Shown in pieces: positions 11,340 to 24,742 of a stretch of 64,000 nucleotides of DNA. Position numbers and translations under genes: made by a program. This stretch comes from Octopus sinensis (lineage: Eukaryota). The stretch spans positions 156,426,001-156,490,000 of the forward strand of contig NC_042997.1 of the NCBI RefSeq assembly GCF_006345805.1, in the 5' to 3' direction. Within the stretch, counting starts at the first letter, position 1. The number at the start of each line of letters is the position of its first letter. The notes below the pieces were generated by a model. The model saw only the letters and a program-made list of their open reading frames with translations, was not told the DNA's origin and searched no databases.

Positions 11340-11873
11340 TATTATTATTTATAGAATTGATTTGCTTTTTATAAAAGGTTGCATGAATACAACTAATGAT
11401 AACTTGTCAATGAACATTGAAACATGCATCATTGTAGAACATATATAAGCAAACACTTCACTGTTTAAAGCTGGAATGTCTATTAAGAATATATATTATT
11501 TTAACACTAACACATTGCTATTCCATAATAACATATTGGAATTGTTGTTGTCTGGAAACTGACACTGGTTTCAAATGACTTGCTGTTTAGCAAACTTAGT
11601 ATTTTGACAAACTTACAAATAATAAAAAATCTAGATAGATTTGTGGATACGTGTAACTAAACTTTGAATGCTAACATATTTATATAAGATCTTGGTGTAT
11701 ATTTAATCTTGGTTATTGTGTTTATTTGATTTTTGATTTGTAAAACATATGATGGGAGAAGTGTAGAGATCAGGTTAATTCAGAATTCAGAGAGCTCTCC
11801 CTCTTTTTTTGATGCCCAGGAGTAGGGACAAATTCACCATTTAACATCCATTTTCCATTAGAAATTTATACAG

Positions 11874-12102
11874 GTGGTGAGCTGGCAGAAACGTTAGCAT
11901 GTCGGGCGAAATGCTTAGCTGTATTTCGTCTGCTGCTACATTCTGAGTTCAAATTCCACCAAGGTCAACTTTGCCTTTCATCCTTTCGGGGTCGATTAAA
12001 TAAGTACCAGTTATGCACTGGAGTCGATATAATCAACTTAATCCATTTGTCTGTCCTTGCTTGTCCCCTCTATGTTTAGCCCCTTGTGGGCAGTAAACAA
12101 AT
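11874..12102 (+). mobile_element. Full-length SINE family A with ~12-bp TSD
   Basis: aaatttatacag (11862-11873) / aaaattatacag (12103-12114). Confidence 0.9.
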
Positions 12103-12551
12103 AAAATTATACAGAGTCAAGGGATTACCACTGATCAGGGTATACCCAAAGCCCAAGTAATGGATAGGCAGAGATAACAACAATAACCACAACTTCTCCA
12201 CCTAGTATACAGAATATCATAAGGTCTCAGTCTTTTATGATACAGCTATAAGCAGGTCACAGGCACTCTATATTGCTGTATACTTGCATTGGTGTATTTT
12301 TATTTTTTATAATGCAGTTGTTACAGTACTAGCACAACCTCATTCTAAATCACTTGCAAAATAAAATAAAATATTACAAATATTTCTTCTTTTTAATTTA
12401 ATAATCTCCTAATCAGGGGCAAGGGAAGAGCCCATGAACCTTTACATGACCCTGAGACTGGGAGGAAAGAGAGAGACAAAGGTATCCTTAAACCAGAGAC
12501 TTGTTCTATATGCCTGTGATAGATTGGACTCTACTAAATGCACCCAAGCAG

Positions 12552-12780
12552 CAGGAGCTGGCAGAAACGTTAGCACGCCGGGCGAAATGCTTAGCGGTTT
12601 TTCGTCTGCGTTACGTTGTGAGTTCAAATTCCGCCGAGGTCGACTTTGCCTTTCATCCTTTCGGGGTCGATAAATTAAGTACCAGTTACGCACTGGGGTC
12701 GATGTAATCGACTTAATACCTATGTCTGTTCTTGTTTGTCCCCTCTGTGTTTAGCCCCTTGTGGGTAATAAAGAAATAGG
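12552..12780 (+). mobile_element. Full-length SINE family A, CpG-retaining (young) copy
   Basis: gagctggcagaaacgttagcacgccgggcgaaatgcttagc...gagttcaaattccgccgaggtcgactttgcctttcatcctttcggggtcgat. Confidence 0.92.
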
Positions 12781-13896
12781 AATTAATCCATGCAACAGAT
12801 TAGGTCTATGAGTCAAGTAGACCCCAGCAGAATTTGAACAAACAATGCAAAGAAACAGAAGAAATATTAGAAAGCATTCTGTCCAATGCTCTCATGTTTC
12901 TACCAGTCCACTGCCTCAGACCACTATTTTATTTATCAAAGCAGGAAAAAGAAAAGGCAAAACTGACTTCAGCAAGATTTAAATTCAAAACACTATTTTA
13001 TATTATGAATTTATAAAAATGTCATACAAGAAGGATGTTGTTTATGATTTTGAGTTCTATTTCTGCATACAAAGAGTCATCCTCTTTCTCAATCTCTTTT
13101 GATTGATTATTCCTTAGTTTTCTTATGAATCTTATTTACAAATTTATGAGTTTTTCTTTATAAGGAACTTACAAGGTCACAAGTAGCCTGTAGGACATAC
13201 ATTACTCTGACATTGCTTGAAAAGAAATATTAAGTGTAAACTGCAATGAACAAAAATATACGTGTAACATGTAATTCGTGGTAAAAGATTACCTTAAACT
13301 GAAAATTTTTTTTACTTGATTCATGGAAGTAAAATTTTTTATAGTAAAGGCAGCAGTCAGAAATTTATTAATGGACCAGCTATGTCGAACAGAAGGAGTG
13401 GTTTATCAATCACAAAGTTAACATTTGCTAATGTGTTAATGTTCAAACAAAACAGACCATTTCATATATGAGAATTAGTACATGTAGATTTTATTTTTTT
13501 TTTTTGTTTTTTTTACTGCACAGAGTATTAACAAGATGTTTGGATGTAAAAGCTATTTAACTTTGAAAAGAGAAACTAAATTTTTTTTTTCTTTTTTTTT
13601 TTTGAAGTTTTGGCAATGATAATTGTAGTGCTCACGGTATTTTTAAATAGATTCTACAATCTGTGTTTTCCTATAATGACATGAGCAACACTTATTTCTG
13701 GATATCCAAACAAATACATGAATTTATAAAAGAGTTATTTTACAGCTAAATGCTCATTCATACTACTTGCCATATTCAACATATTTTTAAACAAGTTAAA
13801 TTAAACAACTTCAGTTACAAGCTTTGCCTAAAGGTGAATACACCTCAATGCCTGTAATAAGCCAATAACTGAACATCCAAAGCCAAACTCACTTAC

Positions 13897-13904
13897 CACT
13901 TCTC
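13897..13904 (-). other. Candidate 8-nt microexon GAGAAGTG
   Basis: ttttgttcttattttgattcatattttgtag|GAGAAGTG|gtaagt. Confidence 0.25.
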
Positions 13905-14385
13905 CTACAAAATATGAATCAAAATAAGAACAAAAATAAAGTTATCCAATATCTTTCAACAAATGTTAAACTGAAATTCAACTCGAGCCTAAATATATCT
14001 CTTGTTGCATCATCTAATATGTTTTAAACCATTTAGCAACATTAAGCAAAACAATTAACATCTTTCATTCAATTACTATAGATTTCAGCGTAAACTATTT
14101 CGTAAAGAGCAGACCATTATTTTAATTACACAATAGACATTTAATTAAAGCTGCTCTTAAATTTTAATTGAGCTTTGGAAATACAATTTTATCATCTTTC
14201 AAATAATTTTTGCTTTCATATTTGTAATTAATACTTTCTCAAACCTGAGTAACTCTGTAAGGTATTGAATCACAATGTCAGCATTTTCATAATTTATCCC
14301 TTGGGTAATTGACTATAAATCTATTTTCTTTCAACAGTATTTATCTGCATACTTATCTATACACAAGCATATCTGTGCACAAGTA

Positions 14386-14535
<150 letters not shown>

Positions 14536-14586
14536 ATAGATACACAAATATTTACATGTATGTGTGCCATATAATAGATCTATCTA

Positions 14587-14620
<34 letters not shown>

Positions 14621-14712
14621 GAGAGAGAGAGATGGATGTATCTTAAATGTGTGCATATATATATATATATATATAGTTAACTAAATACATTCATTTAAGT
14701 ATGTGTGTATGT

Positions 14713-14748
<36 letters not shown>

Positions 14749-15173
14749 ATAAAACTCATATCAATATTGGTTCCCACAAGGTATTGTATTTCTCTTGTCA
14801 TGCTTATATATATTATATTTCTCTTGTTGTACTTATAAATCTAAATACTTAAGATGCATCATTTAGAATTAGCTGATTTTTCTTGTTTGTGTGAATATGG
14901 TGGTAAACACAATACAGAATATTCCCAACAAAGAATGTTTCAAAATATTTAGTATTTATTTGTCAATCACAAATTCTCAAAGCAAAAAACATTCACTGTA
15001 TGAAATAAAGTATATTCTTTTCAATATTTGATTTGTTTAGAATGATTAATATCTTTAAAATATATTTCATTTATATAACTGCATTAACTAGCAAATAAAC
15101 ACATCCTATCAAATAATGTTATCTATAAGCTAGCTGTTATATCTTTCATGTTTTTCTCTTTAGTTTAACTTAC

Positions 15174-15182
15174 CACTTATCT
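15174..15182 (-). other. Candidate 9-nt microexon AGATAAGTG
   Basis: ttctcttccctataatctgcttttacaacacag|AGATAAGTG|gtaagt; a UGC lies about 15 nt upstream of the acceptor. Confidence 0.25.
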
Positions 15183-15557
15183 CTGTGTTGTAAAAGCAGA
15201 TTATAGGGAAGAGAATAATCATAAAATTGGTATCAAGCATTGATTCTTTGCTTCTGTTATGAAGTACAACAAGACCACCTACAGCTGTTCCAAGAATTTT
15301 GGCAACCACCATTGATACTGAGAAGTGGTGGTATGAGCAGCAATGGAAATCAATAAACTTCAGAGATTAGACAGTACAGAATTCATATTGAAAAATCATG
15401 TGTATTGTGAAATTCTATAGCTACTTTGAATCTGCTGTGCAACTTGGCATAAGGATCAAACCAAACATGTTACTGCAATTTATTTTAAAGTTTTCAGTCA
15501 CATACATGACTGTCTTGTCATCATCAGCTCACATAGTGGAGAAAACTTAGGACTTTA

Positions 15558-15595
15558 ATCATCATCATCATCATCATCACCATAATCACCATCAG

Positions 15596-15642
<47 letters not shown>

Positions 15643-15682
15643 CCATCATCACCATCATCATCATCATCACCATCATCACCAC

Positions 15683-15727
<45 letters not shown>

Positions 15728-15770
15728 TTAACGTCTACCTTCCATGCTAGCATGGGTGGGACCGGGTTGG
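15558..15770 (-). mobile_element. RTE terminus with an expanded ~170-bp (CAT/CAC)n tail
   Basis: The repeat tract abuts tttaacgtctaccttccatgctagcatggg, the reverse RTE 3' end. Confidence 0.88.
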
Positions 15771-15901
15771 TTTTTGATAACAGTTTTTGTAGTAGAGCTT
15801 TTTGAACTTATAACGTAAAATTTTTTTATAACAATGGTCAGTATTAGTAATAGAACAGGTTCCGCTGTCAAACGTATAATGAAATTTACAGTTTATCTTA
15901 C

Positions 15902-15939
15902 CTCGGATAATCCTCGCAAATTGAAACTGTCAATAGTAA
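15902..15939 (-). other. Candidate 38-nt exon
   Basis: Branch-like actaac, pyrimidine tract, catcag|TTACT...TCCGAG|gtaaga; locally CpG-retaining. Confidence 0.22.
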
Positions 15940-16454
15940 CTGATGTGCTCAACAGAAGGAAGTTCAAACTTATACGATGTTAGTTAATTTCAGGTATTTT
16001 CAATCTGTTGCTGTTTGTTTCACTTGCTCCGTTATTTTTCTCTGGTTTCTTCCCTATATGCTATTCTTTCCAAGTGACTAAGATTCCTTAAAAAAGAAAT
16101 AAGACAGCAGAAAATAACTGTCCCCCTGAGAATCAGGAAAGTTAATATATAGTGGTTATATTTTGCATGACAGCCTAATTTCCTTCTAACCAGAAGATTT
16201 TTGCAGTTATCCTTAACATTAAGGTAATCTCAGCAAATAATAACAATTTTGAGGACCATTATGGTCCAATTATATGCCTCCTTAAGGATATTGCTTTACT
16301 ACTTGCCACAGTTTATCTAACTAGAAAATTGTATACGGAAAGCAACAAATAACAAGAATGTATGCAATTATAAGAACTTACTCCTTCAAACTTCTTGGAA
16401 AAACTCACAAGCATCAATGGTGGGGTTAAAAAACATAGTCATAACTGTATTTGT

Positions 16455-16711
16455 TTGTACATGGTGTGTGTGTGTGTGTGTGTGTGTGTGTGCATGTGTT
16501 TGGATGCATGTGTGTATGTGTGCACACATGCATGATGATGCCTTTATGTGACTTTGTGTTACAAGGCCTTTGTTTTTAAGCATGAATATCAAAATTAATG
16601 CAAACCATTCAATGAAGAAGAAATTTAGCTTCTTGGGAAAATTTGATGAATTTTTTTGGTACTCACAAAACATATGTTTAGATACCTTATTTTCATCTCC
16701 CACAAAAATAC

Positions 16712-16755
<44 letters not shown>

Positions 16756-17113
16756 ATGTATGTATTTACATACACACACATACACAGACACACTCACACA
16801 CTCACACATGCACAAACACACATATCTATATATATATATACACACATATATACACTCAGACACATACATATATACATACACACACACATATATATACATA
16901 CGCGCATGCATACATACATACATACATACATGCATACACACACATACATATATACACACATACATATACACACAAAGAAACACATATACACACACACACA
17001 CACATACATACATACATACATACATACATACATACATGATGCTATGTTGCAAAGTTACATTTTATTACAATAAATGAGATGTTTATAATTGAGAATACAA
17101 AAATACATACGCT

Positions 17114-17169
<56 letters not shown>

Positions 17170-17190
17170 ACACACACACACATACACACA
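16455..17190. repeat. Complex (TG)n, (TA/CA/TACA)n low-complexity block
   Basis: Directly visible; source of the HT/CV/YI-rich ORFs. Confidence 0.93.
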
Positions 17191-17904
17191 AAACATTGTT
17201 TTTAAGGATTTGAAATTCAACTAGTATATTCTTCATAATATAAATTATTTCAACTGGTACGCGTCTTTTTTTCACTCTTATTATAAAATCCTATTGAATA
17301 CAACAGGAAACATTGTTCTTAGTTTATACAAACAGAAATATTTAAAATATAGAGAATGCTGGATAATTTAATTGATTTTTGTTACTGAGGAATTTCCTAA
17401 ACATCTACTAAGAATGAAAATTCATGTTTTAAATTTTAGCCTAACAAAAAAGCAAAATTTCCCCAAATTAAAAAGCCAAAAATAAGCGAAGCAAAGAAAA
17501 CATTGTGTTGTTATCAAAGTAGTGTGAGTTCACTTTTTAAAATTGAAGAGGCAGCTACATTATATGTAAATATTGTTATATGCTGACATTAATACATATA
17601 TATATATAATCACATGTAATTCTGTGTGTATTTGTATGTGTTTGCATGAGTGCATACACATGCAGAAATTTGCATGCACTTGCACTTATATATGTAGACA
17701 TGCAATTATGACTGTTTTGCGAGAGTACTTTTAGAGTTTGAATTATGCTAGATATTATATGTGATGACAACTGTCTTATCACTAATGGACACAGGCATAT
17801 ATTTTTAGTTGGAAAAATGTAAAAGCATAAGAATAGTTACTTTTGGTGTTGCCGATGCTGTTGTTAACCCTTTTAATATCACAATGGTTGAAACTATCTG
17901 TAGT

Positions 17905-18125
17905 AAAGTGTTAATCGGAAACCCCCTTCAGTCATGAATGACCATGGGATTGTACCAAGAAAGTTACCCTCCCAGGCACAAGTCCAGGCAAGGTTGTTTA
18001 TGGAAGACCAGCAGTCACCTATGCATATCAGCCTCCCCTCTCCATGCCACCGATGTTATCCAAGAGAAAGGCAAAGGGGTCAATACAGCTTGGCAAAGGG
18101 ATCAATACAGTTTGGCACCAATGGC
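17905..18125. repeat. Retroelement-like interspersed repeat fragment with a 22-bp internal tandem duplication
   Basis: GC-richer than the flanks; gcaaaggggtcaatacagcttg followed by gcaaagggatcaatacagtttg. Family assignment uncertain. Confidence 0.5.
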
Positions 18126-18339
18126 GTTGTAATGTGTTGCGAGACAACACATTGGGTAAAGTAATCAAGGGATGCGTTCAGGTTAGATGGTGTAGAGAGC
18201 ACATGTCTTGACTGTCACATTGTACCCCTATATGATTCATCACTGCTTATTAGAGTGAGTGTTATAATTCTTGCCCAGGTGAAGGCATAATGTAACTAGA
18301 AAAAACAAATGAGTGCCATTCCAGATATTTAATAATAAG

Positions 18340-18682
18340 GAAATTATTGTATACAGTGCTCAGGTGCACCACAACTTGTTAAAATTGTGTATAAAGTATA
18401 TGCAGTAATGTACAAATATCTGGGAAGTGAACAGTGTATGAGTCAGATACATGCTTGCGTGTGTATGGAGGGGAGAAAATCAGGTGTAGTGTTGGCGAAT
18501 CTCAGGAAGCATGGAAGTTTTGAAGGATGCAGTGCTCCAACAATTAACAACTGATGCCGGCAGTTTGTTCCATACTTCAGCAACTCTTTGCATGAAAAAA
18601 TGTTTCCGAAAGTCATGGGAGCTGTTCTGTTTTCTGACTTTGTAAACATTCCACGGGCCAACTTCCAATGTGCCACAGGGCT
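18340..18682 (-). mobile_element. CR1-type LINE 3' end
   Basis: Minus-strand RKHFFMQRVAEVWNKLPASVVNCWSTASFK is the typical CR1-clade C-terminus; short (ATT)n tail. Confidence 0.85.
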
Positions 18683-19475
18683 ACCTGATCGGAGCTGATC
18701 TAGGGTTATATAATAACAACATCATCCCAAATAATCTTCTTTGTCATCCTATACTTAGCTTCATATACTAAGAACAGTTCACTATTAGCAATTTTAAAAC
18801 AAAAAGCTCCTGTGTTCATTTGTTACCTTTAGAAATATTTAATAGTCTTCATTTTCTTTTTCTTTGCTTTTTTTGACTAATTCCACTATTATTGGAAAGA
18901 AATAATAAACAATTTTATTACTGAAGACCAAAACAACAATTTGATAGTTCTTTTTGAATTTGTTTTATTGAATTTTTCATCAAAATCCACTTTATTAGCT
19001 ACCTTCACCATAAACCAATCTAAATAAATAAATTTAAAAAAAGTCTACAAGTTACCATAATTGTGTTCATCAATTCATCACACACCAGCTTATTGATTAT
19101 GGTTCTAAAATTATTCCAACCAAACTACACTTATATGAAATCATTTAATTAAAAAACATATTTCTCAGTAAAAATACTTAAATTGTATAAGTATTAAGAA
19201 AAAAACTTTAAAACCCCTTGAATACTCATTCTTCCATCAGTATGTATCTACTTTGTCATAATTTCACATAAAGATATTTTTAAGCTTTAATGAGTATAAA
19301 CAATCAATTTCAATGTCTGGCTGAAATTAGGAATTTTATGACTGAAGAATTTTCCTTGAAAATAATAACAAAATAAGAAAAAATTATTCATTACGTTTCA
19401 TTTGCGTGTAAATAACTGATATTTGTCTAAATTTGTAAAATAAATTTTCTGATGCTTTGAGCAGAGAATTTTTTC

Positions 19476-21057
19476 TAGGGAGAGTGTCAATCAAGATGAG
19501 ATGCAGTTTGGGTTCGTGCCAGGGAAAGCACGATTGATGCTATATTTCTGGTAAGATAGCTGCAAGAGAAATACCTAGCCAAAGATAAACCTCTGTAACT
19601 GGCTTTCATTGACATGGAGAAAGCCTTTGAAAGGGTCTCCTGATCCTTTATCTGGTGGTCAATGAGGAAACTAGGGATAGATGAATGGTTAGTGAGAGCT
19701 GTGCAAGTCAGTAAGGTGAGGGTTGGCAATGAGTACAGTGAAGAATTCTGAGTAGGAGTAGGGGTCCACCAAGGATCAATCCTCAGCTCCCTCTTATTCA
19801 TCATAGTCATCCAGGCAATAACAGAGAAATTCAAAACAGGATGCCCCTGGGAGCTTCTTTTATGCTGATGACCTTGCTCTAATTGCTGAGTCACTATCAG
19901 AACTAGAGGAAAAGTTTCAGGAGTGGAAGCAAGGATTAGAATCGAAGGGCCTTAGAATCAACCTAGCTAAAACCAAAGTCTTAATAAGTAGGAAGGCAGA
20001 CAAACTACAAATCCCTTCATGTAGATGGCTCTGCCCGATCTATAGAAAACTCCATAAGATGTACCCAGTGTAAGCTATGGACACATAAGAGGTACAGCAA
20101 TATCAAAGGAAGGTTAACTGGCAAGATAGTTTTTGTATGTGGCAAATGCTCAGGTGCTATAAACACAGAAAATGTGCAGAGAACAGCTTCTGTCACATTC
20201 TAGGGAGAAAAACTAGAAGTAGTTGAGAGCTTTCATTACCTAGGTGACCAAGTCAGTAGCAGGGGTGAATGCTCTGAAAGTGTAGCTGCTAAGAATAGAC
20301 TGGGCAAAGTTCAGAGAGCTTCTTCCTCTGCTGGTGACAAAGGGCCTCTCACTCAGAGTAAAAGGCAGACTGTATGACACATGTGTACAAACAGCCATAA
20401 CTACATGGCAGTGAAACATGGACCGTGACTGCTGAGGACATGCGTAAGCTCATAAGGAATGAAACTAGTATGCTCTGCTGGATGTGTAATGTCAGTGTAC
20501 ATACTTGACAGAGTGTAAGCACCCTGAGAGAAAAGTTGGATTTAAGAAGCATCAGATGCAAGAGAGACGACTGTACTGGTATGGTCATGTGTTGCAAATG
20601 AATGAGGACAGCTGTATGAAAAAGTGTCACACCCTAGCAGATGAGGGAACCTGTGGAAGAAGTAGACCCAGGAAAACCTGGCATGAGGTGATGAAGCATG
20701 ACCTTTGAACATTGGGCCTTACCGAGGCAATGACTAGTGACCAAGACCTTTGGAGACATGCTGTGCTTGAGAAGACCCAACAAGCCAAGTGAGACCGTAG
20801 CCCATGGTCTATGCCAGCGGGTGTAACCAGCTTACTTATGAATACCCCCACCTCATTTATTAGAGAATAAACCTTGCTTGCGAAGACCTATTAAGGCAAG
20901 TGAAATCAAAATCAAAATTGCTGACATGGCCGATGACAGTACCACTTGATTGGCACTCATGCCAGTTGAACGTTAAAAGCACATCCAAATGTAGGGTGTA
21001 ACCGGCCCACTTATGAGTATCCCTCCTTCATTGGACAATGAACTTTGCTTGCGAAGA
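19476..21057 (+). mobile_element. Native RTE LINE, 5'-truncated, decayed reverse transcriptase plus partial 3' UTR
   Basis: MQFGFVPG, DMEKAF, GVHQGS, LLFII and YADD (19861-19872) motifs, with stops and frameshifts. Confidence 0.93.
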
Positions 21058-21261
21058 ATAAGTCCTGGGGGTCTATTCATTCAACTAAAAGTGGTGCTCC
21101 AGCATGGCCACAGTCAAATGACTGAAACAAGTAGAAGACTAAAAGAATAAAAGAATAGAGGATTTTTGATATTCTAAGTAAAGTCCACATGAAAAAAAAA
21201 AGGGGGAAAAAATGGAACTTGCTCATATTTGTACACACACTTATCTATTATGTACACTTAC

Positions 21262-21289
21262 GGTCAAAGCATATTCTGAGGTTTATCTT
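21262..21289 (-). other. Candidate 28-nt exon
   Basis: gatttttatgacag|AAGATA...TTGACC|gtaagt; one open frame (KINLRICFD). Confidence 0.18.
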
Positions 21290-22321
21290 CTGTCATAAAA
21301 ATCTCAGTCAAGTTATCCAACAGGATTAAGAACTGAAACAGTTTTCTTAAGTAAAACGGAATATTTGGCTGCTATAAAAGCAGGTTAAGCAATTTATATA
21401 AAATACTCTTCTTAGATTCTTCTACATGTAAATATCCTAAAGTCTGGAAACTTAGCATCATCTTATGCAAATTTCAATTGTTGCTCTTCAGCCACATGTC
21501 AATATGGATCAAGCAGACCTATGAGCAAAAACATTCCAGTTGTGACAATCCTTTAAATAGATATCTGAAGGTATTTTTTGTTTTGCAAAAAGAGACCAGG
21601 AAAGAGGGAATAGGATGAAAAATTAGTATATAAGTATGATGCACATCATACAGGTATAATTATTATATATGCAATTGTTCAGTCATCTCCTTTCACAGCT
21701 ATTAAAGAGAGTTTATGTAAAGTTTATATTATATCATATAAAATATTTATAGAATATTCCTATTGTTCAGGTAGAGATATTCTACATGCATTAGGTTATT
21801 CATCTCTTTTAACAGTTGTTTAAATGAAAGTTTATATAATATTCCTCTTCATTTGAAAAGTGTTAGGGAATAGATCCTGTTGTAGATAAATGTATATGCT
21901 ACAGAGACAATGATATATTGTGCTATATAATGGCCAGCTTACTGTATCATCACTCTGTTCAAACTGCCCTTCTCAGTTACAATGTTTAGTATTATAAGGA
22001 TACAGAGACAAATATATAAAAAGACAGATCAAAGGGTAGAAATATACATGCATACATACACATTATATGTGTATCACAAACACACATTTCTACCATATGT
22101 ATATCTACATAGATATACATGTGTAAATGTACTCATGCACAAATAAATGGATGTTTATGTAAATACACATAAATACATCAATATATAATTCCAAATATCT
22201 ATATTTCCCTGTATATATATATATATATTGCCACGAAATGATGCTTATATTGTTGTTAATGATTATTTTACCTTTGTTGTACAGCCTTTTGTTCTGTACA
22301 ATTTTTTATATAATAATAATG

Positions 22322-22655
22322 AGCTTATTGTATACACTGTTCAGGTGCACAGCTTGTTGGGAAAGAGTAAGAGGAGACTGAGAACAGCAATAAGTCAAGT
22401 AAAGAAAGACAGCAACGATAGGCAAAAGTGCATCCATAATACATAAGGTAATACACCAGGAGATAGAAAAATGAATGGTAATACAGTAATAAAGAGGAAA
22501 GAATGCATTGACACATCAAGAGTAGTGTTGGTGAATTTCAGGAAGCATGGAACTTTTGAAGGAAGTTATACCCTGAAAGCTAGCAACCAATATGGATAGT
22601 TCATTCCATGATTTAACAATTCTGAATATGAAAACTGTTTCTAAAAGTCATAGGA
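22322..22655 (-). mobile_element. CR1-type 3' end, strongly diverged
   Basis: ttattgtatacactgttcaggtgcac and caggaagcatggaacttttgaagga match 18340-18530. Confidence 0.7.
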
Positions 22656-22683
22656 GTTGCACGCTTTTTTTTTTTATAAGCAT

Positions 22684-23036
22684 ACTAGCATTATGACCCG
22701 GCATTGCATGCATATACAGCTGTGTGTGTGTGCGCATATACACACGAGAACTGTCCAAATCTCCGACCAATCACATACAGCTAGCTGGCATTCAATTGGC
22801 GTATCAAGTTTCGGGCATTTTGATTGGGTTTTGGATAGAAAATTCACAAAAAAGTCACTGCTATTGATTTTTTAATGGCTTTGCAGAGTAACTGGGGAAA
22901 TGTAAAGATGTGCACGACCACCCTTGGGCGGTTTTGAATGACCATAGGAAGTGCAAGCCCTCTAACTGAAAAATTGTGGATTTGTATAAAGGACACGCAC
23001 ACAGACAGACATTTTGCTGTTTATATATTGAGAGAT
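22684..23036 (+). mobile_element. Non-autonomous Helentron/HINE (DINE-1/Lep1-like) element
   Basis: T|ACTAG 5' end, acagacagac...tatatattgagagaT|T 3' end (TT target, no TSD), short internal palindrome at 22917-22932, CpG retained. Confidence 0.65.
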
Positions 23037-23538
23037 TCATGGATGAAATTCTAAATTTACAAAGTTGACCAAAAATGTTGTTGGAGAGATGAAAGGTGGA
23101 CTTCAACTAAGGTGCTAGACATCAAAGATTTAGTGTGTTGATACCCAAAGAAGCAAAATGTTCAGAAAGGGACTGACAGAAGGTATTTGTCTAAACAGCT
23201 TACTGCAGATTGATATTTTGGACATAATAGGGATTCCAGATTAGAGAATCAAATTATAATTACACACATTTAATAATAAGTTCTATCTATTTGACAACAT
23301 GGATTATAAGACAGGTATGGTTGGATGGGAGACTAGATAAATTGATCAATATATGTAAAAGAGAGAAAAAGAAAATGTATATGCCAGTAATCAGATAGGT
23401 AATTAAAAAATATCTATTCCATATAGTTTGACATATTTTATGCTTATCACCTTTAAGTTTAATTAAACCTTCACATCTATTGAACATACAGAAATATAAA
23501 TGTATATTTTGACATGCATAAAATCACTTGTTTAAGTT

Positions 23539-24036
23539 CAGTAATCACTCACCATATCGCAGTTCACCTATTGTGCCCTCATTACATCATGGATTTTTCC
23601 AGCAAATATAAGTAAATTTATATCATGGAGTTCTCAGTATATCACAGGTTTCTGCAGCCGATAGGTATTTATATTTTGTAGATTTAACTAATTCTGTGAT
23701 AAAATAAGCATTTTTGTGCCTAAAAATTAATGAATGAAAATATAGTACAGTACTGCACTGTATAACACATTAATTAAAATATATTAAAAGAAAATCCATA
23801 ATGTACCTTAGACGAGTAAACAAAGAATCACACTTATTGTAAAGAAAACAAAAATCCTAAGAGTGTGGGAAGAGTCTATAAATGCTTAGATATATAAGAA
23901 TAATAAAATAAATATATACAAATTATAAAAATAATAAAAATAAATATACAGTACAGTACTGTTTCTACTTCATGGATTTTCGCCTATTACAAAGTAGTTT
24001 TGGAACATAATACCCATGATAGTTGAGGGATTACTG
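23539..24036. mobile_element. pogo/Tigger-like non-autonomous DNA transposon
   Basis: TIRs cagtaatcactc...atatcgc / ...gatagttgagggattactg|TA. Confidence 0.72.
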
Positions 24037-24289
24037 TAATGAAATTAGCTTACCATCACACATAGAAAACTAGTAAGTTTGTGAGTGATGGCATATCAAA
24101 ATTTCTTTATCTTGAGCAGCGTAGTTTTAAAATTTTTTGCTGTTTGTTTTCAATAAATAAGGGTTTTGGGGGTTTTTTGTTGTTTTTTTTATGCCACTAT
24201 TATCAGTTTAGTTATACAGCTACCATTTTTTTATGACATAGCCAGAAGAAAGGCAGAACCTATGACTTATCACTGGGTTTCCAAGACTG

Positions 24290-24730
24290 GTAGAAAGAAG
24301 TCATCCTCTGACCAACACACCAGACAAAATGCTTAGCAGCATTATGTTGCTCTTTACATTCTAACTTCAAATTCCACCAAGGTTGACTTTGCCTTTCATC
24401 CTTTTGGGGTTGATAAATTAAGTACCAGTCAAGCACTGGGGCCAATGTAATCCACTAACTATCACCACCAAAATTTCAAGTTTTGTGCCTATAGTAAGTA
24501 GAAAGGATTATTATTATCAAGGCAGCAACCTTGCAGAACCATTAGCACCCTGGATAAAATACATAGCAACATTTCATTCATCTCTATAGTTCAAATTCTG
24601 CCAAGGTCAACTTTGCCTTTCATCCTCCCAGGGTTGATAAAATAAGAACCAGTCAAATACTGGGGTCAATGTAATTGACTTCCACCTCCTGTCAAAAACT
24701 GCTGACCTTATGTCAAAATTTAAAACCCCT
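24290..24730 (+). mobile_element. Two tandem diverged family A-type SINEs
   Basis: Two successive ttcaaatt...aaggt-aactttgcctttcatcc...gttgataaa-taag-accagt blocks. Confidence 0.8.
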
Positions 24731-24742
24731 AACATCTTATTA

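Noticed and set aside
15902-16086. 185-nt exon using the strong acceptor at 16087
   Set aside because: It has stops in all three frames, so it could only be non-coding; the shorter 38-nt version is retained at low confidence.
24052-24090. ccatcac...gtgatgg hairpin
   Set aside because: The stem is only about 13 bp with wobbles and does not extend; this is expected by chance.
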